Source: Octopus sinensis (Eukaryota). Taken from it: a DNA stretch of 64,000 nucleotides. The position numbers and the translations under genes were made by a program. The stretch spans positions 82,522,001 through 82,586,000 of the forward strand of contig NC_042997.1 in assembly GCF_006345805.1 (NCBI RefSeq). Reading direction: 5' to 3'. The notes below the pieces were generated by a model, which saw only the letters and a list, made by a program, of their open reading frames with translations, ran no database searches and was not told the DNA's origin. Positions 46,660-60,352 of the stretch are shown here, piece by piece; within the stretch, counting starts at the first letter, position 1, and each line of letters opens with the position of its first letter.

Positions 46660-49600
46660 TGGAAACAAAGAATGCTTAGCAGCATTTCAATCTCTTCTGG
46701 TTTTATATTCTGAGTTCAAATGCTGCTGACTTTGCCTATCATCCTTTTTGGGTTGATAAAATAAGTACCAGTTGAGTACTATGGCTGATAAAATATGTAC
46801 TAATTGAGCACTGTGGTTGATGCAGTCCATTAGCCCCGCTCCACAAACTTTTATGCCTTGTGCCTATAGTAGAAAGGATTATTTAGCTTTTGTTTGCTAG
46901 TTTTGCTGGGAATTAATTGTTGTAGTTGATCCATTTGATTATTTCTGTGTCATGTCAAAACTGGCTTTCAGCCTTGTCAAAAGAGCCAATATCAGATTTT
47001 ATAAAAACTTGAGTGCTAAACAGCAAACAATAAGCACCTGACCATTCCACTCTTCTGTTATCATAAATGCAAAAGGAACTTCTACTTGGGTCACTTGGCC
47101 TACTGGTAATACCGGCTAAATCTTTCTCAGATTATACCTTAACATTTAAAAAGGACATATAAAAACTGGAACATTTTTTGATCATAAATTAGGTCTGCTT
47201 GTTCAGTACGGGGCTAAACTACAACAACAACAATTCGAGAATGCATTTTCAATTTTTGTTTAAAGTAATTTCACTTTCTCCACATCACAGCTATGTTTTT
47301 TTTTTGTATCATAAAATTTGTAGAGTTTTTATGCCTAATCAAAAGAAAACAAAATTAAATTTGGTATTTAACTTTTAAAATTATGATAATAATTTAAGGA
47401 ATCTATTAATGATGGTAACTTAATCTGGTCTCCCTCTTAGATATGCGAAAACCTTACAGGTCTTCTAAAGACATTTTTGACTTGTCCCAACTTGTCTCCA
47501 GAAATCCTATGAAGCAATTTCAAGCTTGGTTCCAAGAAGCTAGTAACCATCCTCAAATTATTGAAACCAATGCGATAGCTTTAGCTACTGCAACACTGTA
47601 AGCTATATTTTATTGTTCCCATATTATCAATTAATAAATTAATTATTAAATATTATTACAGTTAATTATTTTTATTGTTGAAAATAATTTAGGTATGGCT
47701 ATGTTGGTATGATTTTGCTTTGCATTCTGTGTTTAAATGCTGCTAACTGTGCCTTTCATCCTTTTGGGGGTTGATAAAATAAGTAACAGCTGAGCACTGA
47801 GGTCAATGTAATCCATTAGTCCCTCTCCACCAAATTTTTCAGGCCTTGTGCCTATAACAGAAAGGTGTTTTTAGCTTTTGTTTGCAGGTCATTCTGTGAA
47901 TTAATTGTTCGGAGTTGATTTCTACTGAATAGCATCTTGGATGAGTGTCTTCCACTAAAGCCTCAGATTGACCAGTGTCTTGTGAGTGAAACTATTGAAG
48001 CCTGTTGTGTTTATATATATATATTTGTATAAATATTATGTACATATATATGTGTATAATGTACATAGGTGGCAAACTGGTAGAATCATTAGTACACTGA
48101 GTAAAATGCTTAGCAGTATTTTGTCTGTCCTTATGTGCTAATTTCAAATTCTGCCAAGCACAACTTTGCCTTTCATCCTTTCAGGATCAATAAAATAAAT
48201 ACCATCTGAGCACTGGGGTTAATGTGATTGACTTAATTACTCCTGGGTTTGAGTATAAAATAACTGCAATCCTATGCCAAGCCAGTGTGGCAGAGTAGGC
48301 TCATCAAACCAGTACATCAACCCATTCTCTGGTGGAGAATTCAATCCATAAATAAGAGTGCATGCGCACACGTGTGTGTGTGTGTGTGTGCACACAAATG
48401 CATGTGTGTTTGCATGCATATGTGTGTGTGTGTGCTTGTCTTCATATATCTTCACATCAATGCTGCTTGGGCAGCAGTGATATTGCTATATATTGCATAA
48501 ACAAGAAGTTTGACAGCTTGACACTTCAGTGTGTGAAGACATGAATTAAAGTACTTTACCTGAAAACAACCAATTGTTGGCATCAGGAAGTGTATCTACC
48601 CATTGAATACTGTCCCCAGAAATCACACCTAATCCATGCCAGCATGAAAAAATAAACATGTAAAATTATGATGGATTATATTAGAAACTGTTATTATTTA
48701 AGCAGTGAAGGAAGTGAGGTTGTAGAATTATTAGCACATCAGACAAAATGTGTAGTGACATTTCTTCCAGTTTTGCATTCTGAGTTCAGGTTCTGTCAAG
48801 CTTGACTTTGCCTTTCATTCTTTTGGGGTTGATAAAATAAGTACCAATTGAACATTGATTATTGTAATCAGCTAGTTTCCTCCCTAAAATTTCAGGCCTT
48901 GTGCTTTTAGTAGAAAGGATTATTATTATTATTATTTATTTAAAAATATAGAGCATTGGATTAAATACCTAGGGGTATTTAGTTATATCTGTTTATATCC
49001 TGAGTTCAGATTCCTCCAGGATCAATAAAAATGTACCAGTCAATTCCTAGGAGATAATTTAATTGATTAAATCACTCTCAAAGTTTGTGACCTTATAATT
49101 ATGTTTGAAATCTCTATTATTAACGTTGTCTCATACTAACACATGGCTGCACATTCTGAAAGATGGAATCTAATCAACTGAATCAACTATAATATACATC
49201 ATCATAAAGTCGGGGCAATAGAACTTGTGTTCCTTGAGCTCCTTTTGTAATGGAGATAGAGCATTGAGCAACCACTAATCCTACTCATGCTATCCTGATG
49301 GAGGCAAACTTACTCTGAAATATGCAGGGGGGGATCTTATGGGACTGCAGCTCTAGCCTGTGTAGTGCCGTTCTACTGAACTTTGTGGCAGTGGGAGAAC
49401 TGGTTGCTATTTTAACATCATATCCAGGATCTTGATAGTGAGATATCAATGGTAAAGCAACTAAGATGATTTAAGGCAGCTAACTGTTACAGCTATTGTC
49501 TTCATTCATGGCTGCACGGTGTTTGTGACATTCTTCCACCTGTTCTGCTAGACTCTGAACTTCACCATTAACCCTGGTATGGGAAGTTAGAGAAGTTGTT

Positions 49601-50020
49601 GGCACTTATCCAAGGTGTTACCTCAAATCTCTCAAGAGAAGGGGTGATTTAACGTCCTGTAGCAGGTGTCTGTCTGGATTCAAAGCCAGGACTTGTTATT
49701 TACAATCATGAAATTATGATAAATAACCAGACATCAAACAGACTGATGACATTAAAAATTAACTGACCAGTCAAGGTCAAGAAATGTGAACCTTTCAACC
49801 TTGATATTAGTTAACAGAAAGAAGTAAAGCAGACACAGTTAATGTTCACTTCAACAGTAATTTGCCTGTCTTTACATTCTGTGTTCAAATTCTGCCTAGG
49901 TTAACTTTGCCTTTCATCCTGGGGTTGATAAAATAAGAACCAGTTAAGCACTGGGATCGATGTAATCAAATTCCCTCTCCTCCGAAATTGCCAGCTTTGT
50001 GCCAACATTTGAAATCAGTG
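46660..50020 (+). mobile_element. Cluster of decayed SINE family 2 copies (~46660-46890, 47710-47870, 48070-48240, 48720-48920, 49860-50020)
   Basis: Shared core gactttgcctttcatcctt..gggtygataaaataagtaccagttgag; also at ~63850-63960 (+) and 14030-14460 and 54655-54850 (-). Confidence 0.7.
47441..47597 (+). CDS. PNPO: PNPO exon 3
   Basis: tctccctcttag|...|gtaagc; MRKPYRSSKDIFDLSQLVSRNPMKQFQAWFQEASNHPQIIETNAIALATAT aligns to the PNPO DP..QF..WF.EA...E.NAM.LAT region. Confidence 0.95.
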
Positions 50021-50529
50021 TTAGTGATTTTTTTTTCACATTTGTAACATGGCCACAAATTGCAGAGGAGGAATATTTGCTTGATGCTTATGAATTCTGG
50101 AAGTAAGAAAGGTAAAATTAACATGGGTGAGATTTAAATTGAGAAAGAGATGAAATTGGTGTGCACCTGCTCCTACTACTTCACTGCTCTGTTAATAGTT
50201 ATAGTAATAACACTTGTTGTGGAGGATAGACTTATTGCCACTGTGAATCACTACCTATTTTATAAATATTTTAAATTCTTCTTCTTCATAGAACAAAATA
50301 ATTTCACACACGCAATCAACATCATCAACTCAAAGTGGATGAAGCATCTCATCTTAAAAGAAACTGAATACATTGTAGTATAATATGGTTCTCAATACAC
50401 TGAGAATGAAAAAAAAAAAAAAAGCAAAACACAGAAAAAGGCAAAAAAAACAAGTAGATGACATGGCTATGAGATTAGAAACTTTTTCATTGGTCTGTTA
50501 GAATAATATGTATACTGTTTATATTTGTC

Positions 50530-51030
50530 GGACTGGTGTCCTTGTCTTCATTGTTGATTTCACTATGTTTTGGCTGTTGTATGCTTCAGCCTTCTTCAAG
50601 TATCCTATGTTGAACTCAGATGTTGTATCAGAATTTTGAACTTGCTCCATAGGGGTACACTGTTCTCATTCCACTCTCTGTGCTTCATGACATTTTTCCA
50701 ATTGTGATTGGTTATATCTAACTTTTCAATATCTCCTTGTATCACAGTTTTCCAATATTCATCTACCCTTACTTTAAGTGGGTGGCATGTTTTTCCTTTG
50801 TATACCTTACTGCAGCTGCATGAGATGGAGTACATCAAGTATAGATGATGAAATGTGGGAAAATGGAGACCGCCGACCACTGTGGGACAAGGTCAAAATG
50901 ACAGAGAGCATCACTGGAAAATTAGAAAACTTAAGGGATCAGCGTATATACTAGGACACAACAACCTGCTAAGCAGGCCATATGCAAAGATGAATATAAT
51001 TATGGGATCCAATAGTAAAGAAAGAAAAGG
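50530..51030. mobile_element. Head-to-head Penelope GIY-YIG fragments (- 50530-50845, + 50850-51030)
   Basis: Minus: YSISCSCSKVYKGKTCHPLKVRV..PLW. Plus: ENGDRRPLWDKVK..HWKIRKLK..LLSRP. Confidence 0.6.
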
Positions 51031-51531
51031 GTAGACTGCAACAACAGATTATTTAGACATTAGGTTTAAAAGTCTTAAAAATTTACTCTGTTACTGCCTA
51101 CAGGCATAGCGTAGTAGATAAAGATGCTGGTTAATGCAGTTCACCTAAAGGTTCTGAGTTCAATCCCAGGCAAGGCACTAAGGTAATTCACAAAAAAAAA
51201 TATGTCATGAAATGCAGAGAGCAGCATGAGAACTGTATACTCATGGAGGAAATAAATGGTTAGGTTCAAAATTTTGATACAACAACCAAGTTCAACCCGA
51301 AGAAGGCTGGAGCTGTATAACAGTTGAAACAGTGAAATCAAGATGAGGATACCAGTCTGACTAATGTAGATAGTATAAATTCCTCTAAACAATTATAACA
51401 ACCTTCCTTATGATCTAGATATTAATCCAAATCCTAAGTAATATAAGATCTATGTTCCTCTTCATACATTAATTCTTCTTGTTTGAAATTTGTATTCAAC
51501 ATTAAACCATTTCTCTCATTCTTTCTGCTAG

Positions 51532-51631
51532 ATCAGGCAGACCATCCGTGCGTATGTTATTACTAAAGGGTATTACTTCAGAAGGTTTCTATTTCTACAC
51601 CAACTTTGAGAGTCGAAAAGCTAAGGAAATA
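51532..51631 (+). CDS. PNPO: PNPO exon 4
   Basis: ttctgctag|...|gtatgt; 100 nt; [33 protein letters not shown] (signature PSARMLLLK...FFTNFESRKG). Confidence 0.97.
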
Positions 51632-53772
51632 GTATGTATTAGTAAATTTATATATTTGATTTCTCATTACAGTTAAAACAAAAGAAAAATTAGATAAACA
51701 AAGCTGTTGATTGTTAATTATTAAACCAAATATTTTCTTTGGTCATATGTGTGAAAATCCCCAGAAACACCTGCTGCATGAATATTTAATAGTAAAGTAG
51801 ATGCTAACAAACTTAATGTAGTAAGGTAAGAAATTTTAATCAACATTATTTGTGTGACGATGTACAAAAATTGTTATCTTAGTGGCTAGTTCTGGTGAAG
51901 AAAAGCAAGAAGGACAATCAAAGAATTTAAATTAATCTTAATTGAATCACTCATCACTGGAAGCAGTGGTGAGTGATTCAATAGTTAAATTTATACTAAC
52001 ATTTAATGTAGACAGTACTTAATACCTAAACAGAAACACTTATGTGGTGAAGAAAGACAACATTAGTGCAGTGACTGATATTTCAATAATTTCAGCAAAT
52101 ATGGGAAACAACTTCAGTTATGTTTCTGTCTTGTTAGATCTTCTCTGTGAAGGACAATCTTAATTATATTTGTTGAAGTAACCATGAGAGAATTACAAAG
52201 TAAATGTAAAAATGTGAAAAATGTTCACTAATTCATTCAGATGAGTTGCCTGCTTATAATAATTTAAATGCCATAGGTTATCACCATATGACAGTGAACC
52301 ATCAACGACATTATGTGGATCTAGTGACCACAGCACACACTCAGGCCATTGAGTGATCATAGTTAGATGCTAAAACTATGATTCTGGAAAAAATGAGGGT
52401 GGTTGTAATGTGCTTTTCCAGTCACATCCAACCCGTGCTAGCGCGGAAAACGGACGTTAAACGATGATGATGATGATGATGATCTTGATCATTTCTACTG
52501 GAAGATGGTGAGGAAAGACTTAGATGATTTATTTATATTGTTCCTTAATGATATAAGAAGTGTTTATTGTTAAAATGGATTGTCTTGATTTATCTGTGTA
52601 ATTTCTTTATCATATAATATAATATAAGATTCAATTCTTATTTGTGTAATTCCTTTATAATGTACGAAGTGTTTTATCTCTGAAATATCTTAAGTGTTTT
52701 ACCTCTGAAATATATGGAAATATCTGAAAAATAAAGTAGATAACCCTGTTTGACACCATCGTAGACCACATACTTTACTAGCACCGATTTGTTTTTAGTC
52801 AGTTTCTCCTACATTCCCCTATTAAGAAATAATTTTCCCTTTACGGTCTTCTTACTAACAGCATATGCTAAAATTTCTCTGCCTTTGTGAATATAACGTG
52901 CATGTGCAATAAAATTGCAAATATAAAATTAAATGCAAAGATGCCTACAAATACAGTTGTATATGATTAACCTATTTGTCACCACAAGTTAGACCTGTGA
53001 ACATTCCACTAGAAATGTGACTAATCTTTGTTATAAAATCATTGTTATCATCACCATTGTCATTTTATGCCTGCTCTTCATACTGGCATCTGTTGGTGGG
53101 TCTTCATGGTCCAAGTTCTTTTTTATTGGGAGTTGTTGCTCTCATAGTTTGGTTCTTATACATGTCCTTTTGATTTGGTTTCTGCAGTTGGATGCTTTTT
53201 CTATTGCCAACCACTTTACAAATTGTAGTGGTTCACTACACTTTTCTCTCCTGCTTCATTTCATCTGTTACCTCTAGCATCTTAAGATCTAACTTTATCA
53301 TCTCTTCTTAGGTTATTTTTTTGTGTGCTTCCTTTGTCATACTGTCCTTCAACATTACATCTTAACAATTTTCTTCACCCAACTGGGATTATGTAGCTAT
53401 ACTAGTGTAGCTGACTATTCTGCATATATTGACTGGTGCTTTTAATTTCCATCAACCTTCTCAACTTGCTTGTGCTGTTTCACAAACAAATTAACATTGA
53501 ACATCAAATCCAAAGCATAAACCTAACTCATTTTTCAAGTTCACTAAATTCATTGCTCAAGTATCATTACCACTACATCGATAGAGAAAAATCTTTGTTG
53601 CCAATAAATTGAAAATAAAATTCTTTTATAGTATTTGACCTTAGAGTTCTCAGGTTAACTAATGGTTTGGTCAAAACCTCTATTCAGTTTTGTATCTCAA
53701 GAAATCACATTGCATCTCCTATTTTTTGAAGCTTAACTAACTGACAGTTTGGAAGAATGAAAATATAATGAA

Positions 53773-54547
53773 AACCTACTCCCTCCACAACACTAATCTC
53801 AAAAAGTCTTCGTGTGAACGTGACCTGGGTGTTATTGTCGACAGTGATTTGCGTTGGATAAAACACATCGCTAAAATTGTCAAGAAGGCTGAGGGTGTCT
53901 TGGCATCACTCACCAAGTCCTTTGTGAGCTGCTCTCCAACTATCTATCTGCGGCTTTATATAGCTATGGTAAGACCTCACCTGGAATTTGCATCACCGGT
54001 CTGGAACCCCTATCTTGCCCAGGATATCAATCGTCTGGAAGCCGTTCAGCAACGTGCAACCAAAAGAATACCCTCCATCAGGCATTTGCCATATTCTGAA
54101 CGCCTTACTTCCCTGGGCATGGACACATTGAAACTCTGACGTCTGGCAGCTGACTTGGCAGACACTCATAAAATTATCAACCATCTTACAAACAATAACT
54201 CTGAGCACCTTTTCAAACTCCACCCGTCTAACACCCGTGGACATATTTACAAAGTCAGAAAACAGCACAGCTCCCATGACTTTAGGAAACATTTTTTCAT
54301 GCTGAGAGTTGCTGAAGCATGGAACAAACTGCCGGCATCATTTGTTAGTTGTTGGAGCACTGCATCCTTCAAAACTTCCATGCACCTGATTTTCTCCCCT
54401 CCATACACACACAAGCATGTATCTGACTCATACATTGTTCGCTTTCCAGACATTTGTACATTACTGCATATACTTTATACGCATTTTCTGACAAGTTGTG
54501 GTGCACCTGAGCACTGTATACAATAATTTCATTATATATTATATTAT
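53773..54547 (+). mobile_element. CR1-clade LINE 3' fragment (second family)
   Basis: ERDLGVIVD, MVRPHLEFASPVWNPY, LEAVQQRATK, FRKHFF..RVAEAWNKLP; one in-frame stop; ATT-like tail. Confidence 0.88.
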
Positions 54548-56168
54548 AAATTAGCTTATTTGAATTAAGAAGTATGAAAATTTAAATTTGCTTACTTCAA
54601 TGGAGAGCTAATATCTGTAGTGTAGTGAGTACCTGCTTCCACTTCCATTTTTTAATCAATCGTAATTACATTCACAATGATTTCAAATTTTGGCACGGTG
54701 AAGGGGGTGCTCAACTAGAACTTATTTTATCGACCTCGTAAGGACGAAAGGCAAAGTCGACCTCGGCGGAACTTAAACTCAGAACGTAAAAATGGACGAA
54801 ATGCTGCTAAGCATTTTGCCCTGCAGACAAGCAGTTCCGCCCACTCACCATCTTAAATTACATTCAATAAAAAAAAATTGTAATTAACTAATTCTTGCCT
54901 TAAGTAAGGGAGATAACTCTGAAATTAAAATTGATTTGAACTTGTGTGTGTGATGGTGGTAGTGGGGGAATGCAATAAAGATCGATTCTTTATTATGTAA
55001 CTGGTTAGGTGGAACATAAAAATCTGAAAATTAGTTTTGTTTTCTTTGTAGCTTCAGTGCCATCAAGCTACAATGATCAGAAATGATGTCTTTGAATATA
55101 GTCGTAGTCATTAAGAAGGCTGATAAGTAGCAAAACCCAGATACCCAGTTTAAATTTGTTTTTAAGCATGTAGTAATGGAGAAAGTAAGCAGATAAGCAT
55201 AGATAACAAATCTAAATTGTGGATATTAAATATGCAATGTCATTATAGAGAAAGTATGTAGTTAAGTGTAATTGAGCTCTATACCACTTGTACTCAAGTA
55301 TACTTAGTTTCCCACGTCTCTTCCTTGTTATCTGTACTATATTTTACCCTCAAATCTCTACCTTAACCCAACTCTTTATGCCTAGAACTGCAGTCATCTA
55401 CCATGTTTCCCTATTGTTATTAAATGGCAAAAGTCCAAATTGAGCATTACCCATATTGGTCTACCAAGGCAGTAATGAAGCATTTTCAATGTCTATAGGC
55501 TCAATCCTTCTTCTTCTAAACTAAAAAGAATGTGTAATCTAAGACTGTAAATGATTAAGTGTAAATAAAAGTTGAAATTGGGATTACTGCATAAAGAAAA
55601 TAGTGATGGCCTGTAAAGTGAACCATAGAATAGACTCAGCAGAAGGCATAGTATTAAGGTGTAAATTTTTTAGCAGTCAGGGGACTGTAGCATTATTTTT
55701 TTGCTTTGATCTCACCTCTTTTCATGCAAACAAAAGTTCTTATATATCTAAGATTTTGAGAGTTATTATTTTTTTTCTTAGTAAAGATTTCCAATAAATA
55801 TTAACTAATTTTTAACTAAGTCATAATTTGTCTTTTTTTTTTCTGAGGGAGATATGAATTACTCCAAGGAAGCTGAAACAGTGAATACTTATCTCTGTTT
55901 TGTATATTTATATAAGGCTGCAAATTCATAGAAGATGGTGATGTCAAGTGAACTGATTCAAGTATATGACTAGTATATTTTTATTGATTAATTCATGGAA
56001 GGATGAAAATGAAGTTGATCATGGTGGAATATGAACTTAGAGTAGAGCAGTTGAACACTAAATGCTGTGTTACTAAGTTGTTCATCCTACCATTTCTGTT
56101 TCCTGCCAGTCTAACACTCTAATGAAGACAAATAACATTATAACAAATATTTACCTTTTGGTTTTCAG

Positions 56169-56222
56169 GAAGAGAATCCTTTCTGCAGTTTTTCTGTGCA
56201 TTGGGAACCTTTAAATCGTTCT
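56169..56222 (+). CDS. PNPO: PNPO exon 5
   Basis: ttttggttttcag|...|gtaagt; 54 nt; EENPFCSFSVHWEPLNRS (human DSNPFASLVFYWEPLNRQ). Confidence 0.96.
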
Positions 56223-57092
56223 GTAAGTTTATTTAAAATATTTTAATCAGCATTATCATAATAATTTTTCTGGTGTCTATTTTTGTGGACCAACTTTATT
56301 ATTGATTAAATGGTAAAAGGCATTTGAATATTCTTGTCTTGTAATTTTTTGACTGCTATATTTTCTTTCAACTCCTATCTTCAGTTCTATCCCTGAAGAT
56401 ATTCTCATTAATTACATCAACATAATTAAAGTATTCTGTTTATCAACTGTTAAAATTCTTCCCTATTTAAAAATATAGCAGCATTGTAGGGTCCTTGGCA
56501 AATCCATGCACTGGGCTTTATAGTATTTGTTTATTGACAGTAAATCGCAGCATGCATAGATCAGAATTGAGCCCTTAGAACTCTGAAGTCCCCAAGCAAC
56601 TTCCCAGTATACCCTTGCATTAAGAGACAAAATAGCTTTAAGATTATAGTGCTTTACAGTTGAGTGTTTAGCAGTAGGAAGTGTATTCAGCAATAAACCA
56701 CAACGCTCATTTTCCCTTAAAGAATATTTTGTAAAACAAGCAATTTGTCATATTGATACTGTCTCTTCCAAAAATGCTGTGTAATCACTTTAGAACAACA
56801 TTGTTATAACTTTATCAACGAATTAGTGTCAATGATTAATGAGTTATTTAAAAAGAAAATTTGACATCATGCTTTTGTGAACAACAGTGTTGCTGGATAT
56901 AGGTTTGTAATAGACCAATCAGTGATTCATTGCATTTCCAATGGTGAGAAAGACAAAGGGATGACAAGTTGAGTGGAATTAATAACACAAGTACTTTTTT
57001 GTTTGAATACCAGTTTATCAACAATTTCTCGTTGATGCATATTTAGCAATGTATATATTACATGCATGTGCACACACATACACACACACAAC

Positions 57093-57415
57093 TGGTACTC
57101 CGTCGGTTACAATGATGAGGGTTCCAGTTGATCCAGTCAACAGAACACCCTGCTTGTGAAATTAATTTGCAAGTGGCTGAGCACTCCACAGACATGTGTA
57201 CTATTAATGTAGTTCTCAGGGAGATTCATCGTGACACAGATTATGACATAGTTGGCCCTATGAAATACATGTACAACTCATCTTTGCCAGCTAAGTGGAC
57301 TGGAGCAATGCGAAATAAAGCGTTTTGCTCAAGAGACACAACACACTACTGGGTATTGAACTCACAGCTTTATGATCATGAGCCAAATACCCCTAACCAT
57401 TAATCCATGTGCCTT
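57093..57415 (-). mobile_element. tRNA-derived SINE (third family, decayed)
   Basis: Minus-strand head aggcacatggattaatggttagg...gagttcaataccc, body ending ...aaccgacggagtacc. Confidence 0.65.
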
Positions 57416-57944
57416 TGCAATACATATACAAATGCATGCATACCTACGTGTGCATGTACACACACATACACACACACACACATTTATAAAAAATATTTTG
57501 CAGTAGACTTATAAATGTAAGTTGAGATATTTAAAAAATTTTGAGAAAATGAAATACATGTGTCAGAACTTAGTTGATTCTATAAATTTCAATTTTCATT
57601 TTTGAAATCAATATGTTCCTTGTTTTTAAAGTTTTTATTGTAAGTGTCTCATCATCATTATCATCATCGTTTAATGTCTGCCTTCCATGCATGCATGGTT
57701 ATTAATGGTAGATATATAAATGTTGTTACAGTGTGAAGACAAAACATCTGAAATAAAATGTTATATGCACATTAATTTCTGTCAATTTTATTCCATAATG
57801 ATGGTTAAGTTCTTTACATTATTATCCTCACTGTACAATAATCTAGTGAAAATTTATATGAGAATTTGAGAATTTATATTCATATGATCAGTGTGTGTAG
57901 TAATTAAATACCTACTTATTTTGGGGGAACTTTTAATGTTTCAG

Positions 57945-58073
57945 ATCAGAGTTGACGGCAAAGTTAATAAAATATCTGAAGAAGAATCAGAAAAATATTT
58001 TCATCAAAGACCCCGAGACAGCCAGCTTGGTGCTCTGGTTAGTCTACAGAGTACAGTGATACCAAGTCGAGAA
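57945..58073 (+). CDS. PNPO: PNPO exon 6
   Basis: aatgtttcag|...|gtatgt; 129 nt; [43 protein letters not shown] (YF.SRP..SQ.GA..S.QS motif). Confidence 0.97.
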
Positions 58074-58365
58074 GTATGTCATTCTTCTTTATAATTTAAA
58101 ATCTTACTAGCTGTCATTACTGGAAATTATAAAATATCATTATGTTACTGGTATTTATTAATTCATCAATGAGGCTTTCTCTTACAGAATTGGTTTTGTA
58201 TGAAAGAAAGAAATTTATTTTGTTAATGTAATAATTCAATATTCAGTTTTTTAGTATTTATTACCCTGAAGCATGTTCTAAATTATAAATAACAAATGTT
58301 CTTGAGCAGAGCACATAAGCATTTCTTTATTATCTTCTATCTTTTACATGTTTCACTCATTAGAT

Positions 58366-58950
58366 AGTGGCCATGCTGGAGCACTGCCTAGAAGAATTTT
58401 TTGCTGAATGAATTGACCCCAGTACTTATTTTGTTTTCTAAGCCTCGTACTTATTCTATTGGTTTCTTTTGCTAAATCGTTAAGTTATGGGGACATAAAC
58501 ACACCAACACCAGTTGTCAAACAGTGGTGGTGGTGGTGGTGGTGGGGACAAACACACACAGGTGCAGGAATGGCTATGTGTTAAGAAGTTACCTTCCCAA
58601 TTACATGGTTCCAGGTTCAGTCCCTTTGTGTGGCACCTTAGACAAGTGTCTTCTACTATAGCCTTTGGTCAACCAAATTTTTGTGAATGGATTTGGTAGA
58701 TGGAAACTGAAAGAAGCATGTCATGTGTGTGTGTATGCATGTGTGTGTCTCTGTGTTTGTCTCCCACCACCACTTGACAACTGGTGTTGGTTTGTTTACA
58801 TCCCTGTAACTTAGTGGTTTGGCAAAAGAGATGGATAGAATAAGTACCAGGCTTAAAAATTCATTTGGTCAATTCATTTGGCTATATTTCTTCAAAGTAG
58901 TGTCCTGGGATGGCTGCAATCTAATGACTGAAACAACTAAAATATATACT
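58366..58950. mobile_element. Head-to-head SINE family 1 pieces (- tail 58366-58557, + copy 58560-58950)
   Basis: Both halves align to the family consensus in opposite orientations. Confidence 0.7.
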
Positions 58951-59147
58951 GTAAAAACCCATGTAATTTACGCCCTTTTTTTCCGCGTAAACTCTACTAA
59001 AACCCCACTTATTTTATATATATTTGTAACATTAATAAACAAAAAATTGTTGAAACTAGTTTAGTATGTGAATAAATCTATTCAAAAACAACTACACATT
59101 TTTCAGATTCAGGTGCATTTTCAGATTCCAAAACAAATTCTCCTATA

Positions 59148-59201
<54 letters not shown>

Positions 59202-59268
59202 TATACATATAGTATACTGTTTCATGATGGTAAGATGAACAAAAAAGAACTCCATCTGGTGAGAGAAA

Positions 59269-59830
59269 TCATCATCATTCATCATCATCATCATTTAGCG
59301 TCCGCTTTCCATGCTAGCATGGGTTGGACGGGTTAACTGGGGTCTGTGAAGCTGGAAGGCTTCGTCAGGCCCAGTCAGATCTGGCAGTGTTTCTACGGCT
59401 GGATGCCCTTCCTAACACCAACCACACCGCGAGTGTAGTGGGTGTTTTTTTTGTGCCACCTGCACAGGTGCCAGACAGAGCTGGCAAACGGACATGAACG
59501 GATGGTGCTTTTACGTGCCACCGACACAGGGCCAGACAGAGCTGGCAAACGGCCACGAACGGACGGTGCTTTTACGTGTCACCGGCACGGGGGCCAGCCG
59601 AGGCTGGCAACGAACACGAACGGATGGTGCTTTTACGTGCCACCGACACGGGGCCAGCCAAAGCTGGCAAACGGCCACGAACGGACGGTGCTTTTACGTG
59701 TCACCGGCACAGGGGCCAGCCGAGGCTGGCAATGGACACGAACGGATGGTGCTTTTACGTGCCACCGACACAGGGCCAGACAGAGCTGGCAAACGGCCAC
59801 GAACGGACGGTGCTTTTACGTGTCACCGGC
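59269..59830 (-). mobile_element. RTE 3'-tail repeat with an expanded ~61-bp tandem array
   Basis: (CAT)n tail plus the RTE 3' UTR; about 6.3 units beginning ggtgcttttacgtg from 59441. Confidence 0.85.
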
Positions 59831-59867
59831 AATTAGAAATATTAGTTAATAACGCAATATATATTTT

Positions 59868-60205
59868 TTTTTATGAGCTACTAATAGTTTCATGTGATGA
59901 AAACACCTTTGACAGCATTTTTTAACATGTCTAGTGCATTCACACAGTCCTCAGGCTCGTTATGGCATATGGGCACAGCTTGAGGATTGCGTAATGGCAC
60001 CAGATGTGTTAAAAAATGCTGTCTGAAATGTTTTCATTGTATGAAACTATTAGTAGCTCATAAAAGTATATTTTTTAAAATTAAATACTGTATAGTTCGT
60101 TATGCCATGTGGGCTGTGCCTGATGACTGCTGAGATGTCAGATGTGTTATAAAACTTTGTTTGGCATGTTTTCAGTACAAGAAACTATTAGTAGCACATA
60201 AAAAC
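59868..60205. repeat. Foldback (long inverted repeat) with a third degenerate arm
   Basis: 59868-59957 pairs with 59978-60066 across a ~20-nt loop; 60095-60205 repeats the loop and right arm. Confidence 0.8.
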
Positions 60206-60301
60206 ATGTATTGTGTCTATTAAACAATATTTATCTTTCACTTGATGGAGTACTTTTTTTGTTGATTTTACCATAACAGAACGGTATGTTGTGTGTGTGT
60301 G

Positions 60302-60349
<48 letters not shown>

Positions 60350-60352
<3 letters not shown>

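Noticed and set aside
49200-49640. GC-richer segment ending in a GAT-like tail on the minus strand
   Set aside because: Possibly an RTE remnant, but no motif could be read with confidence.
59441-59830. Regular repeats as a CRISPR array, and the repetitive ORFs at 59442-59925
   Set aside because: Contiguous tandem units with no unique spacers, eukaryotic context, no cas genes; the ORFs are repeat artefacts.
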